Origin: Moniliella sp. 'wahieum'
Taxonomy: Eukaryota
NCBI GenBank assembly: GCA_003971905.1
Contig: RSEE01000090.1
Location: forward strand, 62,001-126,000
DNA length: 64,000 nt
Direction: 5' to 3'
In this document: piece by piece, positions 23,889-36,372 of the stretch
Layout: every line of letters begins with the position of its first letter
Numbering within the stretch: the first letter of the stretch is position 1
Made by a program: the position numbers and the translations under genes
Notes under the pieces: generated by a model
The model's input: only the letters and a program-made list of their open reading frames with translations
Databases searched by the model: none
What the model was told of the DNA's origin: nothing

Positions 23889-26499
23889 ATGCCCGCCCCC
23901 CGCTCCTCTGCAGCGACCGCCGCCCCTCGCCTCCACCGCTGCCCGTCCCACTGCCCCCGCCACCGCCACCGCCACCTCCATCGCCACACACCCCGCCCCC
24001 TGCCCCCCCCCCGCACGTTATCGTATCCCATATCGGCTCTAGTGGTCAGTCCTGCTCTCTTCGACCAACCCATGCGCCTTCCTCATGCTGACCCGTCTCC
24101 CTCTGCCTCCCCCCCCCCACAGCATGCGAGAAGCAGCTCCGCCTCCTCTTTGGCCAGTGCGGCCAGGTTTCTCGTTCCCAGTTCATCCACTCTCCCCCCA
24201 GGACCCAGCTCCCCCCGCACCTCCTCCGTGGCCGAGATTGGATTCGCCACAGCCGACGAAGCCCTCGCTGCTACCCGCCGTCTCTCGGGCTTGGTCATGT
24301 TTGGCGAGCCCATGTCGGTCGAGCTTGTTGGCACCCCCCCGCCCCCCTCTCTTCTACCTCCTCTTCATCTTCGGGCCACGCGAGCAAGCCGCACAACGTC
24401 CCCACCTGCATCTGCCCACGCTCTCGATTCCCGGTCCAAGACGAACTATACTCCAGCTGCCACTACTGCTTCTTCCTCGACGGCCACCTGCAACATGATC
24501 TTGACAGCCAGCACGACACAAACCTGTATGTGCTCAACTTGCCCATCGAGGTGGCCACTGAGGACCTCGAAGCGCTGGTTTCTCAGTTTGGTCGTGTGAC
24601 CCACTGCATGATTCTAGCAATGCTTGATGCCCAAGCCCGTCGTCGCGGATTTATCGATATGGCAACGCCAGATGAGGCGCGCCAGGTGATCAAGAAGTTG
24701 AACCAGTATGTCTGGGCTGGTACGCACTGGATGTGTCGTATGCCATTGTCCAGCGCAGCCCCGCATCAGTCGCACCGTCCGATAAGGAGACCCCGCCCCT
24801 GCCTGGGCCCCAGGAGGGCCACATGCAAAATTCTCGCTACCGTCGCGAGTCGGACCCGGTCAATAATGTCAGAGAGAATGCCTATCTCTGTGAACGGATG
24901 GCCCACGATCGTCCCCGTTCATCGTCGGACGCCACAACCTATTCTAACTGGCTGCATGATCTCTTTGCTTCGTCGATGCCAGCTGGCTTGAATCCCAACG
25001 TTGCACCAGGGCCGGCTTGCCCCAGTCTGTCCTTAATTCCCGGGGAAGAAACCATTGACCCCTTGTACGACCATGGTCCTCCTGTCGAGCAACCTGAAAC
25101 AATTCATTGACGGCCTCTACTCACTCGGTTTGATGAGTTGATGCTTTGGCAGCTGGGATCCCAGTTTGGCCATATGACTGCCGCTGGCTTTCACTGGTGA
25201 TAATCCGTCGCATGATCGCGTTGCTTCTTTTACCTATGCTCGGAGCATCGATGCCAGGCACGCCACACAGCAATTGGATGGCCAATTGGTCTCAGCACCC
25301 AACCAACAGAGAGCGCCGTCGTGCGTGTGTATGTTGGCCCAGAATGGCACTGCCCCTCGCTTAGTCGCATGGTGCCCACGGGCTCACTGAACTGGAACAT
25401 GTCCCCGCAAGTGATGGCTACGGGCCTGTGGGCGAGGACACTAGTACCCCTGCTACGGGCGTGCACCCGTCGAGAGCTACTGGATCAGACCAATTCGGTC
25501 AAGCACATGGACAGTCATTATTCATGCCCCCCGTTACCCTTCTTCACGGGCAAACATGGCCCCCAAGAGCACCCCCACCCAAGCCAGCCACGGCATGCCT
25601 GCCTGGAGCCCGCAACCGCCGACCCAATCCCTACACCGCACTGGATCCCTGACTGCCCTACACCCCGACCCGTGGAAGCCATTTAACTCTGCGAAGGGGT
25701 CGCTGAATCCGCTGGCGCCAGCCATGTCAAGCACGTCTTCTGCGTTGCAATTCGAGCCCTCTTTGCTCGACCACATTGGTCTTCCGTCGCCGGGCTCAAG
25801 CCGTCGCTCAAGCGCAGACGCTCTCCCCAGTACTCCCATGAATGACTTCTTCCTTCTCGACCGTGGTCACGGTGGTAATATGTGGCCGTCCAATATCAAC
25901 CCTTCTGGACAACAGGCAATGGCTGGCAGCGGGAACCGCATGCCTCCTCCCAGTGGCAATGACTGGAAATCTTCCAACAAGACCACCATCTCTGCTCATG
26001 CTGCCCCGTTTCACCCCCGTTCCCACACCGTTCAGCGGACCGGCTCCTTGACTGCACTTGAGGCGCGGCCTACTGCCGCTGCTTGGGCTGACACCCACTT
26101 GGCCAACAACACGGGCCGGTTTCCTTGGCCCACCTCGTCGTCGTCGTTGGTGTGGATGGACTCGGTCGCGACAAACCCTACTGTTGGAAGTGCTGGTCCT
26201 AGTCGATCGCAGTTGGGCAGGCACTCGGTGAGTGTGGCGGGTCTCGCGGCGCCCAGCCCTCTCGTCCGTTGCCCCTGCGCTCCTCGGGGGAGGGCACATT
26301 GGCGCCGATTGGAGCAGAGCGGAATGTGACTTCCTTGGACGTGCCCCCTGTGGGACCGAGCGTCCTGCCGAGCCCGATCCTCATGGGTCATGACGGAGGA
26401 GGGTTTGTTTCGTCGCCCCTGCCTCACGTCCCTCCCTTCCAACCGAATGAGCCTAGACACGGATCCGGCTCTGTCCCAGCGGTTGCAGCGCCAAGCTAA
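23889..26499 (+). CDS. RRM-domain RNA-binding protein with long low-complexity C-terminus (frameshifted; start approximate)
   Basis: EIGFATADEALAATRRLSG...MSVEL; NLYVLNLP (RNP2), RRRGFIDM (RNP1), LDVSYAIVQRS. Confidence 0.75.
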
Positions 26500-28103
26500 C
26501 ATTGAGTAACTTTCCCTATGCCCGCTCGCTCTATGCTTTTGATTGATGGGGTTTGCTACGGTACAGCATCCTGTCTCTCTTGTGCACTTATCGCTCTCGT
26601 CTGTGCACCTTTCATCATCGCATTTCCTGCCTCTTTTCAGGCCTTGTTGCATCGCGTCTACCCCCCCCCCCCCCCCCCACCCTTCCTCCCGGATCCCAGT
26701 CCCGCTACTGTTCTATTGTCCTCGGTTCATTGTTCCAGGTCTCGCTCTCGTTCCCGCTCTCATCGCTCTGCTATGCACCCATGTTCTGTGTCTCCTCCAT
26801 CCTCACCTTGAAGTTTGACCCTGTTACACCTCATCGCACCCATTCCATGAGACCTTTCTCTCACCCCCTCTTTTGTTGATGGCCTGTGCACCCTTCTGTA
26901 GATATCGATCGTGCTGTGAGAACATGAGTGGGGTAGTATTCATCTCTCTCTCCCCAACTCTTTTCCCTCTCTGGTGCACATTTTTTTCTGGAGTGGGGGA
27001 GACTACCGTTCGCTTTTTTCTGGGGGAGGAAGGGAGGAGGCTGGGCGAGATTGAAGCCGTCGAAGCCCGTCGAAGCCCGTCGAAGCCCGCCCACAACTCT
27101 CAACAGACAACAGAGGATGGGTTTTTTGTCGCTCGTTGGTCGTTCGTACAGTTTAGTGTCTTGCGCTGCTTTCTGTATCCCACATTTCGTTCGTTTCGTT
27201 TTGTTTTGATTGTGTTTCTCCTCCCTCTCCTCTCCTCTCTCATCCTCTCTCATTTTTCTCCTTTCCTCCTTTCTACCCCTTCTTTCCTCTCCCACCCTCT
27301 CCTCTTTGCATCCCTCGCGCTGTTGGTACCCCTCGCGCTGAGGCCATCCTAGTATGATTCAATGGTTTTGTGCGTTTGGTAGCTGTGGTCGGATGTGGGT
27401 GCGGCATAGGGAGACAGTAGATGCGGTCATGTCATGGTGCTAATTGAAGTACGTGATGGTTCTCAGATCCAAAGTTCAAGGCACACCAGCGGCATGACAA
27501 TGGAGGGTGGGGAGTAGCAGTGCTTTAATCAGTGCTACTAGTCGTTGCGCAGAACCAGGCATCAGTGGTTGAAAGGTGGGGCTTATGGAAGTCCGCGTGA
27601 AAGGGGGTATAGGGGGAGGGCAGTGAGCTTGATCAAAGTGTGGTTCTTCTAGGATGTGCCTAGAATAAGTGGAAAGGGGGGAAAGAAACGGTGGGCATCT
27701 TGGCCATCACAATTGAGATCCAAGATCAGAAAGGTTTTATAGAAGAAAAGACGAGAAGGGAGAGGGCCCAGGAGAGGACGAGAGAAACATGGAAGGGGAA
27801 ACGAGTCTAAGGGCAGGAAGCGAGAACCAAGCACGAAAAGCACGAGGGAGAGAACGAGGCGAGAAACCGAGTCGGAACCATATGTAGAGTTTTGAAGTTT
27901 TTTAGACGGAGAGCGAAACAGAGAGAGAAGAGAAGCAGTAAGCCGAGTCGAGATCACGAGTGAGCCAGAGGGAGAGAGAATGATCCAAGTAGTGATATAG
28001 GAGGAGACACCGAGAGAAGGGGAGAGAAGGCTCCCCAAGGCTTCTTGACGCCCACCCGTGACAGAGCAGGCGTTTGAAAGGGAAAGACCAAAGAAAGAGA
28101 ACG

Positions 28104-30125
28104 TTACGCTCCTGGTGAAGTTGGTCGGGGGTAAGTACTGCACGCCGCGGAAGGTTGGGCACGACAGCGATTGCGTCATTGTCCTCCGAGGACGCATCGT
28201 CCGCGGGCTTGGCACCGTCCCAACCCGACATTGTGGTCCCCAAGGTCGACGGTTTTTCCTCGTTGTCTCCTAAGCCCTCCACTACACCCACCTGAGCACG
28301 CCACTGGCGTACCAAAGTGAGGAGCGCACAACGACGTTTCACGCATGCGCATAAGTTGCGCTTGACCCTCTGCGTCGGCGGCGTTGAGACCGGTGATGAG
28401 GATTGCATCAAGAACGATTCCAGGACGCCAGGCGGGTTGTTGCAGATCAGTTGGCCTGTCACGGACCACTTGAGGCCCGAGGCGGCAGCCACCAAGCCCA
28501 GAATCAACACCATATCCGCCACGACAGCGTACTTGTGTGCACACACGGCCAACAGCACATCGGAAACGGTGTGAGTCCAACGGGTGAGGAAGGAACGTTG
28601 AGCCAACCGAGTTGGGTCCAATGCGGCACGGGCGTCGTTTTTTCTCCTCGGCCCAACGGTCTGGATCCGTCAAGCCAAGCATTTGCTCGTCCATGTCCAC
28701 CACCTCTTGGCTCCACCGATCCGCCCAACGGCCACAGCGCATCTGCATGTGCCGGAGCACAAAGCTATCGTGCAAGCCAATGATACCGGCGTAGGTGCCA
28801 ATGATCAGCCACCAGTTGGCATCAAAGTGCATCACGGGTCCAATGGCGATCCAAATGGTAATCACAAGGATCAGGACAACAATGCCCACCAGGGTGCCCA
28901 CGATATACGCGTAGCAGGCGATCGCGCTCTCCAGCCACGTCGAAGGCGTCAAGGCCAGTTTCACGACCGGGTTGGGAGCCTGGTCACCCGTCATCAAGCC
29001 TGCAGTAGAAACGGAACCGCAAAACACGCCAGAAGATCCAAAAGAGTTAGCCCCATCATCATTCGAACACAAAACACAGCACGAGCAAACCTAGCAGCAG
29101 ACAGAGGGAAGGGGGAGAAAAGGGTACGTACGCAGTTCCAGTTCGATCTCACGGTCCATCTTGGTGATCGAGGCAAGGCAAGCGCGACGGTAAGCAGCGT
29201 ACGTCTCGCCCGTTACAGCCAACAGTGAAAAGAGAAGGACCATGTAACCTGAGCAAGCAGCATTGTAATACAACTGCCATGTGTCCGACCACTGGTTGGT
29301 CCGCCCATTGCGATCCACACCACAAAGCCAGCCAAAAGACCATCACGGCACCCAAGTGGCCCATTACCAACGACGCTTTGCGAATCCCCTTGACCAGTCT
29401 GCCTTCCTTGGGCAATTCACCCATTTGGTTGTCGGCCACGCTAGGCGGGGGGAAGAGGAAGGTGTTGAGCGCGGGGTGGCCTGGTTTTCCCACTCACAGC
29501 CACCGGCTTCATTTCCCTGACGAGACTTGGCGCAGGCCGGCACGACGTCGGTCGAAGTGGTGCTTTTGTGGTCGGATGAGGAGGCCGAGGGAAGCAAGGA
29601 AGGGTACATGCGCGCAACGGTATTGAGCATGCGCAGCTTGGAGGCGTTCCTCGAGGTGAGCTGACCGTACATGGCGCGCGATGCCTCGAGTTCGGAGAGT
29701 TGGTGGTGCATCAAGACAGAATCGAGCGCATAGGAGTAGATGGCTTGTGCATCCGAAATCACCACCTGCCACCAATCTTGGCTGTGGAAGCCAATCGCCA
29801 GCAAGGCCCACGCCCAAAGGAGGCTCTGCGTCACAAAAAACATCGGCACACTTCCCGACGCGGCCACCACCTTGTCCAACGTGACAGCGAACTTGTCTTT
29901 CTCTGCATGAGAGCCGCATCCTGTCCTTGTTGGATTGGGAGTGTGCTGAGGGGGCATCTTTCAGCTCCGATGTCTTGTCCTGCTCGGTAGCTGAAAAGGG
30001 AGCCTTCTTGTTCAGAGCCCATTGGGACGGGTAGAGCGTCTCGGCGACCGTCTGCACCTCGGGCTGGATGGTGAGCCAGCGGGCCCAGCCGGAGCGAGCG
30101 GGGGAGGGAGGGAGGGTTAACACAT
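28104..30125 (-). CDS. FET4: Low-affinity iron/zinc permease, FET4 family (frameshifted; ends approximate)
   Basis: Repeated permease units: LDKVVAASGS...WQVVISDAQAIYSYALDSVLM; WSDTWQLYYN; IWIAIGPVMHFDANWWLIIGTYAGIIG; WSVTGQLICNNPPGVLESF. Confidence 0.85.
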
Positions 30126-32342
30126 CTTGGTGTCGCCCTTGGGCGAGAGGACGGAGTTGGAAACGTGTTCAGAGCAGGAGGCGGGCATCGCGGCAGTCGT
30201 GGCAAGTATAGAGGTGGAAAGAGGAGCAAGGGCTGGCCATCAAGGGGAAGCGTGGCGGCGGCTGGTGGGGATGGAAAAGCGACGAAGGATGGGGTTCATC
30301 GATCTCGGATGGGATGTGGGAAGGAGAGAGGGGGGGGAAAGAGGGGTGTTTTTATAAATCTTTGTTTGTCTTCCATCGCAATATGCTACCTGCATTACGA
30401 AGACGAGGGAGCGAGTAAAAAAAATTCGCGTGGGGACCTTGTCGGCTGCATTGTGTCTGAGGACTCAGACTGTCAGACGGACAACAACAGACTGAGTACT
30501 GGGTTACTGAGTATGACTGAGTATACTGAGTTGAGCAACTGAGTCTGAGTCCCCTGACTCACTCCTCACATAACACTGTTGCAGAGCGCCAAGATAACCC
30601 TAGCTCTCCGGCCTGAGTTGCTAATCTGGCATTCCTTGGCGCCTTGGCCGTTGCCTCAGGCGAGGCTTCACTCAATCACTGGACCTCAAAAACTTCAGGA
30701 ACAACATAATTTGTCGGGCCGTGTCTGCTAGAGTGCGGCAAGGGAACGCTATGGGCAGCACAAGAGATGAGCTTCAAGGCGCGCAAGAAGGCGGGGAAGT
30801 CACTACTAGTTAGCCACAAGTCCTTCAAGCAAGCTGAAGGGAAGAAGACAAGAGCCAGGCAAACAAGTCGGAACAGACAAAGGGGTGGTGCAGCCCGCGC
30901 AAGGGGCGAATCACCCGAACCACAGCGAGCGTCACCGATCCATGGGAGAGGTGTGCAAGTGACCTTAGCACTACCCTCTGTCAGTGTCGCCCCAATATCG
31001 CAGGCCAGAACGAGTGGAGCGGTTGTCATTGGTATAAGCGAGCTAATGACATCCCCTGTGTGGTGCCCCGCGCCAAGAAAAAGTCAATCCACTGGCCAGA
31101 CAACGCCCATTATACGCGTGTGACCATGTGACATCCTTGTGGCTGTGGCTCCACTTTTTGACGTTGTCTTGGCAGGAAAAGATGGCCAGCAAGAGGAAGG
31201 TTACGGCTGGGTTGGATCTGAGATGGCCCGGTTCAATATAAGGCCATGCCCAGCAGAGCGCGGTCAGTAGTCCAACCAAGTTTGATGATCGACGATGGTT
31301 GGTTAAACCATGTATGGTGTCGCTTCGTTGAGCAGTGGCCATGCATCCGCGTGACAAAACCCGCCCAAGTCCAAGTCAGATCTCTATACTGTAACCATAT
31401 CATTGACATGGATTAAGGCTGATGGCGCTGATGGGACAAAGAATAGCTGCGCTTAAACCGACCCCCGTAGGAGGCCACACTGGGCCTACGGCCTGGTCAT
31501 GGGGCTTTGCCCCAGCCTGTCCTTGTGCTGAGATGGTGACGGTACTGGGTGGACGTTTCCCCCTGGCCACCGTTCCATTGGCCCCTTTCCCCCCTGGTCC
31601 ACCTTTCCATATGTCCCTTATTTTGCATCGTCACTGCAACGCTGTCTACTGTTCCAACATCCACGAAACCTTGACTCCAACTCTCGTGGAATAGTACACC
31701 GTCCGGTAGGCAGTAGCAGGGAAGCATGGTCCGCATGTGACACCCAGAGGATCGCGTAGAGGAGGCCGGGTGGACGAGTGGCCGCTGCCTCTTGGCTCCG
31801 CCGCCGGGGTGCTCCTTCGTGGCTACACCTTTAAGGGCCAGCGGAACCACAGCCCTTTCGGTCCGGGGGAGATCTTCACCATCGTTCCATTGTCTACCCT
31901 TGATGGTTAACCGCAGCCAGCAGGCACCGTTTCGTAGTCGCCACACCTTGGCCACGGGCAATTGACCCCCATTGATCAGAAGCCGCCGTCGCCGCAGAAC
32001 GGGTTCCGTCGGTCCGGGCGCTCTCTCTTGGCCGCTTCCCCCTCCGTCTGGGTGCACATTTGTGGCTGCCGCCTTTGGCTAGCCCCCTGGCGGGGCCCGC
32101 CCGTGACACAGAGGGAAGAGGACGGGGCGGAAGGAGAAGTGCAGCGATTGAAAGCGGAGGAGGTTAGATAGGCAGAGACGGAACAGTGAAATCTTGAATG
32201 TTGCAATGGAAGTGCAGATGAAATTTCCGTTTGCACTGCAACATTGCAATGCCCAGCCTGCCGAGTAATTCGCTTTGTCCGAATCATTTGGCCGGCCAAG
32301 AAGACGCAAACATCCACGCCTTACCAGCTGGTCTGCTCCATC

Positions 32343-34030
32343 ATGCTGGTGCGGATCAGGCGAGCCAGCCCAGGGGCCATGGCGCCCGGCGTTGCTGCGC
32401 TGGCGACAGGTCCACTTCCACGGCGGCCCATCTCCTTCCGCACCATGGCCACCAGTGCTGCCCCCCGCTCTTGCACCTTTGCCCGCCCCGCCACGGGCCT
32501 TCCCTCGATCCACGACCCGATGGAGATGTTGTCGAATGAACTCTTCACCTTGCGTCGGCACGTTACTGCACTTTTGACTGGGACTCCCACCCCCTCTTCG
32601 TCCGGGAGCTCCACTGCTCAGCTATGGTCCCAACGCCGTTCTCTCCTTGCCAATCCACGGCACTGGCATACGCTGCAGCAAGCGCGTGCGCAGATGGTAC
32701 TCTTGATGGCGCGCGCGACGAATGGAGTTGGGCCTGGGTGGAGTGAGCGATTGCGATCGATGGAGAATGGCGGGGCGTACGTCTATCCTCCGCAAGTGAG
32801 TGTGGAGGAGCAAGAGCCAGACTGGGCGCCCATCTTGCCCTCGCAGCAACGGCTGGCTCAAATTGTGGAAATGATCCATGTGGCCTCCGTCCTGCACAAT
32901 CGCATTACCGACCTACCGCCTCCCCCCGAGGGCAGCACGCCCGAATCTGAGAAAGAGGTCAATGTGGGCATCTACAATAAAGTTGCGATTCTCGGGGGGA
33001 TTTCCTATTGGGACGGACATCGGTCCTACTGGCTTCGCTACGAGATCCCGAGGTGGTGGAGCTGATTGCGGCTGTGATTGCGAATATGGGCGAGGGGGGC
33101 ATGCGGCAGATGGCTTCGTCGCCGTCGCCAGGCGTGCTGCCTGAGCCCGCTTTGGTTGAAGAACGGGGGGACCGGTTTACTCCGACTGTGTTGCCTGTGC
33201 CTGCGATTTTGGCCTCGCTGGGCAGGACGTCTTCGTCCGCACCCTTTTCTTGCAATCCTTGGGTGGAGGAGAGCTTAGAAAACGTCCTAGCCCAGGCCTA
33301 TCTCCGAACAGGCTCGCTCTTTGCCAAATCCGCACGAGCTGCCACGGTGCTCGGTGGGTTTGGCAGCTCCGAGGCGGATGGGGAGGCAGGCGAGATGCGA
33401 GATGCTGCGTACCGGTATGGGGCGCATTTAGGCCTCGCGGTTCAACTGACGGACGATGCGTTACGGGTGCAAGAAAGGATGGGGCGGTTTGTTGGTCGCC
33501 CTCGAGCGACAACGTCGGTCTGGTCGCGTCTGTTTGGCGCTTCTCCACCGAGGCTGACGCCCGAACTAGCCCAGTCCTTCCGCCTCGCCCTGGCCGGGCG
33601 GGTACGCTTCCATCCCCGCTCTCTTTGCTGCAGACGAGGCTGGGGCAACAGTACGCGAGGCACTGCAGCGCAACCTAACCACGAAAATGACGTGCAAGTG
33701 GTACGTCATTCCCTTTGGTATCGTGTTGGTGGATGGTGTATCTGTTTTTTCATGTTTTTTTTGTTCCGTACCACTGACACCATTTGCCCGCCCTAGCTTT
33801 TCTCTGCACTGGCCTCCACCTCGGCATTGACGCGCATGGCCACGTTGGCGCGCAGCCATGCGGAGCAAGCCCGCACGTTGCTTGCTATGCTTCCTGTGTC
33901 AGATGCGTGTCGGGCACTGGACAGGATGGCAGAGCGGTCGGTCGAGGCGTTGGATGCGCTGGTGCCGGCGACCGACAAAACGGTCCCCCTCGCCTCGGTG
34001 GCAACGACAAAAGAAAAGATGCATGCCTAG
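32343..34030 (+). CDS. Trans-polyprenyl diphosphate synthase homolog with degenerate DDxxD motifs (COQ1 paralog / Dlp1-like subunit); intron 33701-33796
   Basis: QQRLAQIVEMIHVASVLHNRITD, NKVAILGG(D)FLLGR, RDPEVVELIA, YLRTGSLFAKSARA, AYRYGAHLGLAVQLTDDALR. Confidence 0.8.
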
Positions 34031-34957
34031 GCGGAGCATCCTCTTGCTCTCTCTCCCACTCACTTTCATGCCGAATGGGAAGGGGGGAGGGGGGGGGGGC
34101 ATCTACGGTATCTATTGCCTATGCGCTACCCATCATGGCATGTTGAAGATCTGGCGGAGGCAACTGGGAAGAGAGAGAGAGAGGCTTTTGACTGCGCTTG
34201 GTAGGTGGAGGTGGTAGGACGCCGAGCACGATGCTGACCTGTCGACACATTCGTGGCTCGGGCGCGAATGCAGTAGTGGCAGCAGATGGGCGCGGTGGGC
34301 GGCGTGGGCGGCGTGCTGAGGATCGAGTGCGGCGTCTGGCTACCGGCCCTACCCCACCCTAACCCTGCCCTGCCATGGCCGTGGCGCGTGGCGGTGCCCA
34401 GGATTGCTCATTTGGTACCAGAAGGATTAAAAGACCCTCCGCTGGGCCATTCGACCGACGGATGACGATCATTCCACTCGCCGCCCAGCCGAGCGCCCAG
34501 CCGATCAGCCGATCCGATCCGCCGAGCAGGCTGAGGCTAAGATCCGAGACCGCTCGCGTAAGCCAAGTCGCCCGCCCGGCGAGAGCGCGTCCGTGCACGC
34601 TAGGTTACGTCAGCGGCGCGGGGGCGCGCGGCCGGCCGACACACTGGCGCGGTGCGCGAGGCAGATGAGACGGACCGCCCGACACGTGGCCAGCCGAGGC
34701 GTGGCGCAGATGGCCCCCCGAGCAGCCGCGCGGCGATGGGTCGATCATCCACCACGCTCCAGGCCAGGCTCACGCGTCAACCGTCAAGCTTCACCGGCAC
34801 CCAAGGCCTGCCCGCAGCCGCAGCAGCGCAGCCAACCGACACCACCCCGTCCAAGCCCTTGCGCTCGCCCACGCTGCCTTCTCTCCACCATCGCCCGTGC
34901 CCCTCTGCCTGCGCTTCTGCCCCTGCCGCTGCCTCCCCACCACCCTCACCCCGTACC

Positions 34958-35551
34958 ATGGGCGACCACATCCGTGACGAGGAGCTCCAGCCTTCCCAGA
35001 CCGCCGGCTTCAAGCTCGGGAGAAGAAGACGCTGGACGAGTACACCCAGCTGGACGCCAACGACGAGTCGCTGAACAAGTGGAAAGCTTCGCTGGGCATT
35101 ACTGGCGATGCCAAGGCGGTGGGAGGCCCCAAGCTCACTGTCCACACGCTGGCGTTTGAGTCTGCCACCGCCCCGGGTGGGAGCGTGCAGATCCGGCTCG
35201 ATGGCTCTCCCGAGGCGTTGGAGGCGCTGCGCAAGAACCCGCTGATCATCAAGGAAGGCGTCGAGTACAACATTGCCATCACCTTCTCCGGGGGGCGACG
35301 GTGCTATCGGGACTGAAGTATTTGCACGTGGTCAAGCGGGCGGGTGTGACGGTGGACAAGTTGGAGGAAATGATGGGTCGTATGGTCCGCGCGCCGAACC
35401 GTATACCAAGCGCTTCATCACCGAGGAGGCACCTTCCGGTATGCTTGCCCGTTCGGGCACCAACGTTGTCCGCAGCAGGATCATTGACGATGACGGCAAT
35501 GTCTACACGGACTTTACTTGGTCGTTCAAGATCGCCAAGGATTGGAAGTAA
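34958..35551 (+). CDS. RDI1: Rho GDP-dissociation inhibitor
   Basis: GFKLGEKKTLDEYTQLDANDESLNKWKASLG, IIKEGVEY, SGLKYLHVVKRAG, GSYGP, EEAPSGMLARSG, WSFKIAKDW*. Confidence 0.95.
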
Positions 35552-36372
35552 GCGTGAGCCTGATCGGGGGCTGCTCCAACCGCCTTGCCTACTCTTTCCC
35601 CTATCATCCCGGACCGTTGAACGTTGAACGTGTGCACATGCACCTGCCAGAGCCCAAAATCTATATTTCGTCGTATTTGCCCGGCATGCCAGGCCCGCGT
35701 TTGCACTTCTCTTCGTTGGGAGAGAGTGGGTGGGACGGGTGACGCTCGTGATGACTGGGATGGGGTTGAAAGCGTGTACTGCGGAATAGACAGGCGAAGC
35801 GGGTAAGTAGCGTGCATTGGGGAGAGGCCAGAGCGCGAGCAGGTGGTAGGGCAAGTGCATCCGCTTGTTACTGGAGCTAACGACTCCTGATGGGGCCGCC
35901 CCGCGAAAAATACAAATGCGTCCGAGGGAGCCAGCTGGGGCCTAGCGAGTCACGTGCCAGGTGGTGGCGCTGGTGCGGAGGGGCACACGGCAAGGGTTAG
36001 CGCCATGTGGGTTACTCGCAATGGGTGGTTAATTGGCGCGAGACAGCATCCGAACAAAGCGCTGCACACACACTCGATAGGCTTCCCCCCCCTTGTTTGT
36101 CCACGCCACTCGCCCTTGCAGCAGCTGCGCGCCAGCAGGGCCTACTGTGCAAACGTACACCACAGCTGGCACGGGGGCTGTCTGATCGAGGGCACAGTGT
36201 ACACTGCATTATATATGCCACACTGACCATACATGCCTTCGCGCATTCAGGCCTCGTACCTTTGCTTCCCCCCCGACCACCTCCCCCTCGGCTGCTGTTC
36301 TTTGCTCCTTTGCTCCACCACCATCTGCATCCCCCAACTTTCTCTCTCGCACCCCGTGTCAGAGCAAGTATA

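Noticed and set aside
31827..31837. ACCTTTAAGGG as a Zap1-type zinc-responsive element for FET4
   Set aside because: Single imperfect match ~1.7 kb upstream; the motif is defined in ascomycete yeast.
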